Assembly: GCF_001194135.2 (NCBI RefSeq)
Contig: NC_068984.1
Coordinates: 52,523,807 to 52,587,806, forward strand
Reading direction: 5' to 3'
DNA from: Octopus bimaculoides
Taxonomy: Eukaryota
Length of the DNA: 64,000 nucleotides
The position numbers and the translations under genes were made by a program. Position 1 is the first letter of the stretch. Each line of letters starts with the position of its first letter. Below are positions 38,975 through 50,593 of this stretch, piece by piece. Under the pieces are notes generated by a model. The model worked only from the letters and a program-made list of their open reading frames with translations. It was not told where the DNA came from and did not search any database.

Positions 38975-39285
38975 TGGCATTTGTTGGAGCTAAGATAGCT
39001 CTTTCACACATCCATTTATGACTGACATGATTGGTAGAGAGGTTGGTGTAAACAGTTGTGCATAGCTCCTCAGTTAAGGGGAAGGTTAAATGTTGAATGG
39101 ACTGTTCTGTCACCGTCTAGCAGTGTTGATTCTATTCCTGAAGATACCATTGCAATGGCAATCTGTCCACTTTAGCGAACTTTGGCAAGAAGGAGGTTGA
39201 GAAGAAATGTCTTTCATGTGCTACCTGCCGCAACAAGGAAGAGGATGCCACTGGTGGTGTCTTCAAGCATTGCCAAAATAGAATT
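38975..39285 (-). pseudogene. Helitron PIF1-like helicase relic with internal deletion
   Basis: Minus: LFLVAAGST*KTFLLNLLLAKVR*SGQIAIAMVSSGIESTLLDGDRTVHSTFNLPLN (Walker A and motif Ia), joined to [30 protein letters not shown]. Confidence 0.85.
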
Positions 39286-40302
39286 ATAGACACACACACA
39301 AGGGTGCACATGTATATACATTTACATACACAGGTGCACATTATATGGGCATGTATGTGGACACATGTATGCCCGCACACACATCCATGTGCATGCATAT
39401 GGTGAGTAGATACATATGAGCACTCATGCATATATACGTGTGTGCTCATGATTAAGCACCGCCTGCACCAAGGTCACTGTCACAAATTAACCCCCATGAA
39501 CAGCACCGCAAATCACCAATCCACAACACTTCTCCATCACCCCTTATGCATGACCACACATGAATGTTTGTGTGCATGCATGTAATGAGTGCACCTGCAT
39601 GTAATGAGTGTGCATGTGCATATGTGCCTCTATGTGTATGTGTGTGTGTGAGTGTACACACTTGTATAAGTATGGATGCATACACACAGATATATGGACA
39701 TATACATGTACATATAAACATATACGCACCCACATCTACCACCCCTTCCTACTTCTTCCCAACCACATGACCAATTTTTTGTCCACCACACGGTTGATTT
39801 CGTGTTCACCATGTGGTCAATTTCCTGTTCACCAACATTGGACTGTTATACTGCATGATCTCTCCTGACAAATCATAGGCTAACGTCCAGTAGTAAACAC
39901 TGACTCTCTTTTGTCAAACTCTCATTAAGACCCCAATGGCTAAAGACTAGCCACATGCTTGAAACTCAGAGTACCAAAGAGTCTGAATCAAACTGTTTTG
40001 ATCTATACATGTAACTCCCAATAAATGTGTTGAGTGCCCTGCTTTCATTTGTCTACTCACTCGTGTGTATATATATATATATATATATATATTCTATTAT
40101 TCTGTTATTTATTTCAGTCAATCAAATTGACCCCAATACTAATTTTATCAGTCACTTTTGCTGAACCGCTAAGTTATGGGGGACATAAACACACCAACAT
40201 TGGTTGTCAAGCGATGGTGGGGGGACAAACACAGCCATACATACACACAGATACAGACATACATACATATATATATATATATACATAAAGCCTGTTGTAT
40301 CA

Positions 40303-40506
40303 TCATCATCATCATCGTTTAACGTCCGCTTTCCATGCTAGCATGGGTTGGACGATTTGACTGAGGACTGGTGAAACCGGATGGCAACACCAGGCTCCAA
40401 TCTAATTTGGCAGAGTTTCTACAGCTGGATGCCCTTCCTAACGCCAACCACTCAGAGAGTGTAGTGGGTGCTTTTACGTGTCACCCGCATGAAAACGGCC
40501 ACGCTC
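40303..40506 (-). mobile_element. young RTE 3'-UTR subfamily copy (runs into gap)
   Basis: About 5 differences over ~180 bp versus 63708-63885. Confidence 0.85.
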
Positions 40507-41416
40507 NNNNNNNNNNNNNNNNNNNNNNNNNNNNNNNNNNNNNNNNNNNNNNNNNNNNNNNNNNNNNNNNNNNNNNNNNNNNNNNNNNNNNNNNNNNNNN
40601 NNNNNNNNNNNNNNNNNNNNNNNNNNNNNNNNNNNNNNNNNNNNNNNNNNNNNNNNNNNNNNNNNNNNNNNNNNNNNNNNNNNNNNNNNNNNNNNNNNNN
40701 NNNNNNNNNNNNNNNNNNNNNNNNNNNNNNNNNNNNNNNNNNNNNNNNNNNNNNNNNNNNNNNNNNNNNNNNNNNNNNNNNNNNNNNNNNNNNNNNNNNN
40801 NNNNNNNNNNNNNNNNNNNNNNNNNNNNNNNNNNNNNNNNNNNNNNNNNNNNNNNNNNNNNNNNNNNNNNNNNNNNNNNNNNNNNNNNNNNNNNNNNNNN
40901 NNNNNNNNNNNNNNNNNNNNNNNNNNNNNNNNNNNNNNNNNNNNNNNNNNNNNNNNNNNNNNNNNNNNNNNNNNNNNNNNNNNNNNNNNNNNNNNNNNNN
41001 NNNNNNNNNNNNNNNNNNNNNNNNNNNNNNNNNNNNNNNNNNNNNNNNNNNNNNNNNNNNNNNNNNNNNNNNNNNNNNNNNNNNNNNNNNNNNNNNNNNN
41101 NNNNNNNNNNNNNNNNNNNNNNNNNNNNNNNNNNNNNNNNNNNNNNNNNNNNNNNNNNNNNNNNNNNNNNNNNNNNNNAGCGCACCCACCCCCACTACTA
41201 ACTTGGTCGCCCAGATAGCGGAAGCTATCGACTACCTCTAGTTTTTCACCCTGGAATATATATATATATATATATCTTATCTATAAAAGGCAGATTTTCT
41301 TTGTGTGTATGTATGTTTAAATTCATACATTTACACAATTCCAAATTTCTTGGATGAAAGAATCGGAATTAATATTCTAAATACAATAAGTTAGGTCACA
41401 GTGTCATTTTTTCAGA

Positions 41417-41450
<34 letters not shown>

Positions 41451-43084
41451 AGTGAGTGTGTCTGTGTATTTATGTGTATGTCAGTGTTTGTCACCCGTCC
41501 TGCCATCGCTTGACAACTAATGTCAATGTATTTATGTCCCTAAAACTTAGCGGCCTGACGAAAGAGACGGATAGAATTAGTACTACGCTTATAAAGAATA
41601 AATCCTAGGGTCGATTTCAACTTAACCTCTTTAAGGCGGTGCTCCGGCAGGGCCACAGTCAAATGACTGAAACAAGTAAAAGAATAAAATACACACACAC
41701 ACAAGGTGCCAGTCCCTTCACGGGTCTTTTTTCTTTTCTGTCTCAAAACGGATGTTTTCTTGTATCAGCGTAATTCTTTCTAAAAATAGTTTTGAATATC
41801 ATTTTAGCTACAATGTCAAACTTCACAGGAAATGGGAAGATTTTATAAACGATTATATTTAGCCATTTCCATTTGATTGCTGAAATGTAAATTAAAAATG
41901 GATAATGAAAAATAAATCTATTTCAGGAAAATAGCTCAAATGGGCCGACGATTGTGCTGAATACCGAATGTAAAAAAAAAAAAAAGCCCGATTTAATTGC
42001 AATTTCCCTTCTAGTTTGAAAAAGAAAATCCTAGCGGCAATTGTTGGCGTTTCTTAAAGAGGAGGAGAGATAATTTAAAAAAAAAAAAAAGAATTTCTTA
42101 AGTTGATTTATATGTTTACAGAAAGAACTGTTCAATGTAAATTACATTTACAAATAAAAAGCCTGTATTTCTCGAGGTTCGTTCTACTTGCTAGAAAAAG
42201 CATCCAATTCTCTTCCAATCCCACACTATTGTCTATTAAAAGGAATGACAGATTCGATAATGCAGTCTGAAATAACTAATATATGAAAGGACGAGAAGGT
42301 CGCATCTAGAATTCCTTTTATCATAAATCTGTTGAGTCAGGGTTGACCTGAGATTATAGACAACTACACTTCTCTCTTACATTTTTACCCAATAGGCAGC
42401 AATTACTCTTGGTTTTAGGTTTGGTAAAAGGATGGTATATGATCGTCGAACCAAGCTTGCACAATGCGGTTCGGTGCTGTTATCAGGGAACTAGAAGTTC
42501 GACATGATTTCGAGACGACTGGTAATAAAGTCAAAGGAAAAAAGTCATAGTAATAAAGTCATAATTTTGGCTAGGAAAATAAGTCACAATTAATTTCTGG
42601 GATTCGGACAATCACTTCACTATACCTGTGAAAAATACGTGAAAGTTACACTTCGTATTTCTCATCTTTTCATAAACTTCATGTTTAAGTGAATAAAGCT
42701 TTTGATTTTATTCCTTCTGTTGATTATTTTATTTAACCTATATCGAATTTCTGAAATTCAAAGGCTGACCACCGGATTATTTTTTACTTAGCTACACGCT
42801 GTGGTAATATTTAGACTTAACATGGTATGACAATGTCTTGTTAAACATCTCGGTTACAACATTTGCAGTAATTTGCATATTCTTCTATTTGTAAGTCAAT
42901 TAAAATAAAATAAATATCATCGCTGCTCCTCATATTTTAGACCTGCCCTATTTCTAGTTAAACAAATTCCATAATTAAGTGATTAAGAAATATCCACCTA
43001 CTCGACAAAATTTTCTATAATACAAACATTTATATATATTTTTATTGACCACCTAAAATAACATTGTTCTTTAAAAGTATTTTT

Positions 43085-43816
43085 TGATCTTTCTGAATTG
43101 ACGGGAACCACTTTTCATTTATGTTTTATGTAGTGTTTTTGGTACAGAAACACTTTCAAACTTCGTATACTTGTATATTTTGTGTTATGGAACAGATAAA
43201 AATTTTTGTATTCTAAGTTATTTCATGTAAAAAAATTGTCGTATTTCGGTAATTTCAACCAATCACTGGCGTCTATTGAGGTGAAAACAATTACTGCCGT
43301 GGAATGAAAACAAGATGTTCTAACGATGTCATGGGATCTTTTCCCTTGAATAAAATTAGTGCCGTTGTTTGTCAACAACAACTATCCGTGGTACTGTTAT
43401 CTATGACATCGTTCGTGCGTTTGTACTGGTTTTAGGTTTAGGGTTCGGGTTTTAGAGTTAGGGTTAGTTTTAGCGTTACGGTTAGGGTTATGATTATTTT
43501 TGCCATAACCTCACTCATAACCCTAAAACTCTTACTAGGGAATAACGATATAATTAACAGGCAATAACACTCTTGATACCGGTAAAAATTATTGTTTACA
43601 AAAACAGTAGTAACTGTATTCAGTTGAATAGACGTCTGTGATTGGTTGAAATTACAGAAATACGACAACTTTAACATGAAATAACTTATTAAGAAGAAAT
43701 TTTTGTTAAGAAGGCTAAGAGAAAAAGATGTTTTATATGACACATTCTACCAGTATCCCAAGTTTGAAAGTGTTTCGTTAAGAAAACAAGTGGTGCCCGT
43801 CAATTCAGAAAGATCC
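43085..43816. mobile_element. long-TIR MITE with GG..CC termini and 8-bp TSD (Merlin-like)
   Basis: TSD gtattttt at 43077-43084 and 43817-43824. Arms gatctttctgaattgacgggaaccactt / aagtggtgcccgtcaattcagaaagatc; imperfect inverted arms of ~220 bp; internal TTAGGG-like repeats. Confidence 0.8.
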
Positions 43817-44899
43817 GTATTTTTTTACTTCTGCTCATGATAAATAAGGGGACGTGAAGCATGTCATTGTTTTTTTTTTGGGGGGGGGGGGTATTACAAA
43901 GAAGGTAGCAACGATCTGCTTCATTTCACAGTATCCGTAAGTCCTCATACAGTTTGAAAAAAAAATGCTGTGCCGATGATGCCACAAGCCAGTCACTTCG
44001 TTTGATCGCTTTGAGATTTAATAAACCGATCGAAAAATAATACTGTAAAAATTCACGAATACTCATAAAACGACTCAAAGGTTGTCTTAAGACAACACAC
44101 GAAAAATTCATTTCCCATGTTTTGACATTAATGGAATGCACTTTGGTGCATTCCTGAGAATGTTTTCAACAGTTAAAACAAGATTCTTCCCATACGTTTT
44201 TATCAAGTATCAAATTATCGTTACAAAACTGAAAATTGTAGAAATTTGGTATTTCCTGACATTTAGACCTACGCCACAATAAATATCCCGAACTTTGATG
44301 CCGTTGCTTTAATTCCTAACGAGTATAATAGTAAATTAATAATATTTAGTTAATATAATAGTGGATTCTAAGAACAGAGTCGAGTATCAACAATCCTAAA
44401 TTCTATTCCCCAAAAATGTATACACGAATGGTATTTTGGATGGTATTTTAAATGATATTTCAGTGATGTCATTTATAGGAAGTTTGCTTCCTAACAGCGA
44501 AGATCAGAGGAAAATGTCCTGACAATATATGCCTTGTGTTGTATACAGCCCAGGTCATTGAACTAAAAGGGCACAATGATCGAACAAATAAAAAATGTTC
44601 GTATAGTTATCGGAAATATTTGTAATATTACCATTGCATTAGGCTATCAGAACTTAAATTATTTTAAAACAGATCATACAATCCCTTCAAATAATATTTC
44701 AAATCCGTTCCATTGGACTTAAATTATTATTTTAAAATAAAAACAATATACATTACTGCTTTCTAGATTGCGAAGTGGATTATTAATGTCCCTTAAGAAC
44801 AAAATGTAACAATAAAATATTTTTCTTTTCAGTAATATTAAGAAGTTTTCTCTTTATTCAAAAGAAAATTAGTTTAGCTTCAAGCATCTCTCTATGTTT

Positions 44900-45330
44900 T
44901 AATTTAGAGTTTTTAATCTACATTACCAAGAGGTGTATTATCTTGGTTTGTAATAAAAGGAGAGCTTTGTCGGCTCTTCAGGATTGATGCAGTTGATGTT
45001 CAATTTGAATCTCTATAATGGTCAGTAGGGAAGATAAGAACTGCTACAGAGAATTATAGATGTATTTTCTTGATATATGCACCTTATTGTAATGATGTGC
45101 CTGCTGTTGGAAGTTGTCGATCTCCGTTCAGAAAAACCTTGGAAAATTAGCGTAAGGTGTCTGCAAATCAGTGAGGTTAACAGGAATGGTGCATGGTATC
45201 ATCTACACACAATTATGTTTAGATGAAATATTGAGGAGGAGGAAGATGTAGACAGGTATGAGTATGAGAGGCATAGCAGAAACTCAAATTAGTAGAATGT
45301 ATCACATCGATACAATTAGCAAAGGTAATT
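44900..45330 (-). mobile_element. Penelope-like RT thumb/linker relic
   Basis: Heavily decayed minus frames HTCLH.PPPQ...TMHHSC...FSKVFLNGD and NPEEPTKLSFYYKP. Confidence 0.4.
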
Positions 45331-45699
45331 TCCAATCCAACTGATGTAAGACAAACTGTTTAGTCCCAAACATGTCACGTGGGGGATACACCCTAGCTCC
45401 TAGACCCCACATATTTGATGTGTATTATGTTGTGTTTTACGTGCCCTGACAGAACACATCTATGTTCAAAGGCATTTCCCAATTCATGAGCACAGAATCG
45501 ACACTTCTATCGAACAATGTACACCTAGGACTATATTGTCCTACGTATCCTCCTTTTCCAAGGTAGCAGTGTATAGGTTGAAGTGGAATTTAGCTGCTAA
45601 TTGTTGAAAATCCAGTGACCACGTAGAAACTTACTCCGGGATTGCGGGGAGCAACTCTGCCGCTAAGTTTTCACTCCCGACATGGTGGTATATAGCAAC

Positions 45700-46830
45700 T
45701 GCCGATGACTCAGGAAAGTTGAACGAATTCAGGATTGCCACAGCGAATGACCCACAACTGCAACAGCTGAAATCAGTGATTCTGTGCGGATGGCCAGAAA
45801 ACAGAAATGATGTTCCAGCAAGTGCGAGAGACTACTCGAATATTCGAGATGAACTGACTGTTGTTGATGACTTCATCTTCAAAGCTGTCAAAGTTGTAGT
45901 TCCTGCAACACTACAAACAGAAATGTTGAACAGAATTCACGTTGCTCATTTCGGAGTAACAAAGTGCATACTCAGAGCCAAAGATGTTATCTTCTGGCTA
46001 GGAATGACTGTATAAGTTGAAGAATTTGTATCATGATGTTCTGTGTGCAACGAAAACAGAAAAAGTAGTCCGAAACAACCGTTGAAGAGCCATGAAATTC
46101 CTGATCGACTGTGGGCCAAAGTCGGAGCCGATTTGTTTGTGTACAAGTTCATTGACTACCTGGTGTATGTGGATTATTTCTCAAAGTACCCGGAAATTGT
46201 GAAATTGTTTAACCTATCAAGTAAAACGGCAATCACAGCAGTGAAATCTATCTTTGCCGGACACGGCATCTCAGATGAGTTCATGATAGATAACGGACCG
46301 CAGTTTATGAGTGCAGAGTTCCGTAACTTTGGTTTAGAATGGGACTTCAAACACACAACATCAAGTCTGACATACAATCAAACGGACAAGCTGAGTGTAC
46401 AGTTCAGACAGTAAAAATTCTGCTAAAGAAAACAAGCTAGTGGCCGAGATGTCTACTTAGCTCCATTTGAGTACTGAAATACACCGATTGACTTGGTCAA
46501 TCTATCACCGGCCCAAATGCTAATGAACAGGTGCCTGAAGAGTTGCTCGTGTCCGATGCCTTGCTGAAATCTTGGGTACAGGACCAGTAACCGCTACATG
46601 ATCAGCTGAAAACACGTCAAGACGAGCAAAAGTACTACTACGACAAAAATAGTAGAGAGTTACCTTCGTTGACTCCAGCACAGCTAGTCAGGATTCAAGA
46701 AAACCAGTCATGGAAGCCTGGAGTTGTCAAATCGGTTGATGATGCACCATGATTCTACAACATAGCGACCTTAGATGGAAGACAGTATCGAGGAAATCAC
46801 CGTCATCTGCGGACAGCTGCTGAGAATCCA
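45700..46830 (+). pseudogene. Gypsy (Mag-like) pol C-terminus: RT-integrase connection, HHCC zinc finger and DDE integrase
   Basis: DPQLQQLKSVILCGWPE...IHVAHFGVTKCILRAKDVIFW...CSVC; WAKVGADLF...VDYFSKYPE; DNGPQF; QSNGQAE (after frameshift); SPAQMLMNR; YRGNHRHLR. Contains in-frame stops and frameshifts. Confidence 0.92.
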
Positions 46831-47407
46831 ACAGCTCAGCCAAATGTGAAGAGGCTACGAGAACTGTGATACAGATGAGTCTGAGATCACAGACACAATC
46901 TGTAATCAAACAACGAGAACCGGACGAAAAATCAACATGTCGGAACGATATCGAGATTGATATCAAGAACTGTTGAATTCGAGAAATGCTCCATGAAAAC
47001 AGAGATTCATGGACTGTGTTAAATATTCAATTTCAAGTTAAACAGGTTAAACTGTGTTAATTGCTAGAAAGCATATTTCATTATTCTTTCCACGTTTCTA
47101 GAAGTTAAAGAGATTAAATTTAAAGAAGATATATTGATGGACTCTGAAGAAAGTTGCTTTATTAGAATGATAATGAATATATGATTGGGTTTATTTGAAG
47201 TTGGCAATTTAAGTTCCAAATATCCTTTTCTACTCTAGGCACGAAATTTTTTTTTGGGGGGGGGGCAGTCGATTTGATCGACCTCAGTACGCCACTGGTA
47301 CTTAATATATCGAGCCGAAAGGATGAAAAACAAAGTCGACCTCGGCGGAATTTAAACTTAGAATGTAAAGACACGAAATACCGATTTCTTTATTACCCAT
47401 AAAGGGC

Positions 47408-47826
47408 TGTAATACTTCGACCGAGCGAACCAAAGGAGATGGCGACGTAGACGGAAACTGGTAGACAGTACATTGGTGGTGAAGACCTCGGCGCTGGAAC
47501 TGGCTGTAGCTGTGTTCTGTATGTGTGGTCAGCGACCAGACCTGTGAGAGATCTGAAGTCGAAGACGAATACCGTCGTTGGATCGGGCTTATTTATAGGC
47601 GAAATAGGGCTCACCGGAAACCCAGAAAAACTCCGTCTCATGTGACTTATCCTAAGGCCATGATTGGACGTAATGCCCCCTTAGCAAGCAGAACACGGGG
47701 ACAATTGCCGCGCAAATAAGAACCAATCAGGATGGTGGACAGAAAAGTCCCAGGCAGCCGAAGGCTAGATGTTAGCAGCTTCGTTATCATTTGTGATTGA
47801 ATGCCCGAGAGAGAGGTTTCACAACA
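47408..47826 (-). mobile_element. solo LTR (419 bp)
   Basis: TGT...ACA termini and 4-bp TSD gggc at 47404-47407 and 47827-47830. TATA-like tataaata on minus at ~47590. Removing it restores the retroposon tail. Confidence 0.8.
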
Positions 47827-48009
47827 GGGCTATACAAAGAATTTTTAAGACATCACAAAACATAAAGACAGTACAAAACGCAAACATAAAATCGGGGTAA
47901 TTAAAATAAAATGATAATATGCAAAAATGAAAAAAATGAGGCGCAATGGCCACTCGATCCCCAAAGTCGGGTGGTTACATTTATTCAGTTTTTTACTTTT
48001 ACTTAAACA

Positions 48010-49186
48010 TCATGTATACATTTTAACGGTTTTGCAACTTAAAAAAATTTGAAATACTCGCGTTATTTTTCTTCCATTAATCACTGTTACTTTCGTCTTT
48101 ATCAACTGCAAATAATCAGTTTTAGGGGGTGGTGTCTCCACCAACCATACCCGTTTCGTTATTATATTTTCACCAAGTTCTTTTATGTACTCCCAGTAGT
48201 TTTCCTCATGTATCAAAATGCATTTCTCAGCACATTTCTCAGGCATCTTCACTCTTATTATTTCCTCCAACCTCTCGACTTTTTTCTCCATCTGCTCGCA
48301 ATTCTCGTACTTTATCAAAACCCCCTTGTATTTGACATCTCTTCTTGTACATTATTAGTGTCTAGCTTTTCTATCACTTTTATGTTTTCTGTTGACTTAT
48401 TTTTCCTTCGCTTTTTAGGGTTAGTAGCTCCATTTTCGTTCTTCTTTGTTTTCTTTGTTTCACACTTCTGTCTCTCATTCATTTCCTCAGCGTTGTCTAC
48501 AATGTTTTCCTCCTCTGCTTGTGCTTTCTCTTGCTGTGGCTGTGTGAGCTCATATAGGGGGCATCTGGTCTTCATATGACCTCTTTCCCTGCATATGTAA
48601 CAATTTGGTTTCCTTCCCTCGACTACAACATTTAATGTTCTCTCATCCTCCACTTCTATCTGGTAGGGAATTCTTTCTATGTCCTCCAATGTGGCAAAAA
48701 GCCACATTTCGAGTCCAAATCCCCACCATTTGTGCACTTTTGATTTCGCCACTGGTCCCANNNNNNNNNNNNNNNNNNNNNNNNNNNNNNNNNNNNNNNN
48801 NNNNNNNNNNNNNNNNNNNNNNNNNNNNNNNNNNNNNNNNNNNNNNNNNNNNNNNNNNNNNNNNNNNNNNNNNNNNNNNNNNNNNNNNNNNNNNNNNNNN
48901 NNNNNNNNNNNNNNNNNNNNNNNNNNNNNNNNNNNNNNNNNNNNNNNNNNNNNNNNNNNNNNNNNNNNNNNNNNNNNNNNNNNNGATACACTACTGTCCT
49001 CAGAATTTTATTTTCTTTAGTCTCTTTTGGGGGACACAATTTGTATGAGTCTCCCTCAACTTCTATCAAATTCCTGCTTCTGGTCACCTCCTCCATATCC
49101 AACTTGATCAACTTGGTTTCTAGCGGCACTGGCTTCCTCACCGCAGTGGCGTAGCTCTCCATACTGGAGACACTACCACTTGCCAT
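48010..49186 (-). pseudogene. gag/ORF1-like nucleic-acid-binding protein with CCHC knuckle (L1/Tx1-type ORF1p), copy 1
   Basis: MASGSVSSMESYATAVRKP...[224 N]...KWWGFGLEMWLFATLEDIERIP...LNVVVEGRKPNCYICRERGHMKTRCP, a charged linker, one frameshift at ~48320-48340, then EKKVERLEEIIRVKMP. Confidence 0.8.
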
Positions 49187-49441
49187 AGCTGGGGGAAATT
49201 GCAGCAGCTCGCGTGAAACGTAACCGTAATAATTCCACAAAAATCACAATTATTTACCGAGACAGTTTTCACAAAGTAACAGAATAGTATTCACAATAAT
49301 TCACAGAGCCGTTATACCGCGAAGCAGTTCGACCGGCGTGTTAACGTTTCTGCCAGCTTGCCGCTTTTTAAGTTCCAAATATTGCCATAACTTAAATTTT
49401 GTCTGTATATTGACTACAATAATACCTTTTGCAATGTTTGT

Positions 49442-49574
49442 AAAGAAGGGAGATGTAATGAAAGTGACTTTACGTTAAGATGTGGAGACAAAGTGTGACG
49501 TCACGAGTTTGTGATGTATGACGTAACAAATACACATAGTAATGGCTGCGCAGTGTGTCGTGTCGTAATTTACA
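49442..49574 (+). mobile_element. Gypsy polypurine tract and short 3' LTR
   Basis: aaagaagggaga (49442-49453) directly followed by TGTAA...TTACA (49454-49574, 121 bp). Confidence 0.7.
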
Positions 49575-49785
49575 ACCAGGGTCCATACAAAATTTTGGTG
49601 GGGTCCACAAAAACAAAATAGTAAATTGAAGATTCACAGTAGTATATTAAAAGTCCATGAAAAAGTTTTGATTTAGATGTATTTATAGCAAGAAACAGCT
49701 AAATTTTACATAGTGCAACCTGCACAAGTTGATGTGTGAATAACAAAACAGGAATTTTGAAAGAAGTTTCTATAAAACTAGTTTT

Positions 49786-50307
49786 GGATCTATTTCAAAA
49801 TGGGGGCACCAGTATTTTCTTAACGAAACACTTTCAAACTTGGGACACTGGTAGAATGTGTCATATAAAACATCTTTTACTCTTAGTCTTCTTAACAAAA
49901 AAATGTACATCGCAAGTTATTCCATGTTAAAGTTGTCGTATTTCTGTAATTTCAACCAATCACTGACGTCTATTCAGCTGAATAGAGTTACTGCTGGGCG
50001 GTCATAAAAATGTTATTCCCTGTGACATATTTCATCCGGTTTAATCGTAATTTATACGCATATATTGTTTATATAATAAATTACGCTGTGCGTATCTATG
50101 TGTGTAACAATTTTAGAGTTCGGATTCTAGAGTTAGGGTTAGGGTTAGGGGATTAATACGATATACACCGTTACAGCGCTAACTGTTTTCAACTGAATAG
50201 ACGTCAGTGATTAGTAGAAATTATCGAAATAAGACAATTTTTTTACATGAAATAAATTCGAATACAAAATTTTTTTTCTGTTCTATAACACAAAATAGAT
50301 AAGATCC
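49786..50307. mobile_element. Merlin-like MITE
   Basis: GGATCT...AGATCC termini, TSD ctagtttt at 49778-49785 and 50308-50315. The empty site aaaactagtttttaaac is seen at ~60855. Internal gttagggttagggttaggg at ~50130. Confidence 0.85.
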
Positions 50308-50357
50308 CTAGTTTTTAAACATCGAATGGCTATAGGGTCCACCAGAATAGAATAGTA

Positions 50358-50593
50358 GAATATTTTCCCTTTACAGCAGTAATTGTTTTCACCTCAATAG
50401 ACGTCATTGATTGGTTGAAATTACTGAAATACGACAACTTTAACACGAAATAACTTCGAAAATAAAGAATTTTCTTAAAAACGCCAAGAGTAAATGATGT
50501 TTTAAATGACACATTCTATCAGTATACGAAATTTGAAAGTGTTTAGTTACAAAAAATTATTTTTTCTATGTGCCGGCCAAAAGGAAAAGATCC
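50358..50593. mobile_element. Merlin-like MITE, internally deleted
   Basis: Right arm ends aagatcc; flanked by gaatagta (50350-50357) and gaatacta (50594-50601). Confidence 0.65.

Larger units (their letters stand above)
47384..49313 (-). mobile_element. ORF1-only non-autonomous retroposon (HAL1/HeT-A-like), copy 1, apparently full length
   Basis: 6-bp TSD ataccg at 47378-47383 and 49314-49319. ~127-nt 5' UTR, one gag-like ORF, ~200-nt 3' UTR, tail agccctttatgggtaataaagaaat. About 1.5 kb once the solo LTR is removed; no RT or endonuclease sequence. Confidence 0.75.
47224..49366 (-). mobile_element. SINE family C variant, split by a 1.9-kb insertion
   Basis: 16-bp TSD tttaagttccaaatat at 47208-47223 and 49367-49382. 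The two halves (47224-47383 and 49314-49366) join into the 21609 head and domain, but with a different 3' tail. Confidence 0.88.

Noticed and set aside
3792-41241. Long ORFs in the track at 3792-4591, 18182-19030, 24277-24875, 27690-28128, 38687-39021 and 40371-41241
   Set aside because: They are open only because they run through N-gaps or dinucleotide repeats ([12 protein letters not shown]).
16780-47383. tRNA genes at A-box/B-box motifs
   Set aside because: Every instance continues into SINE body and tail, with no acceptor stem or cloverleaf.
48315-48340. Programmed -1 frameshift in ORF1 at AGG GGG TTT TGA
   Set aside because: The run is not an in-frame X XXY YYZ heptamer, and copy 2 has different breaks in A-runs, so decay or sequencing indels fit better.
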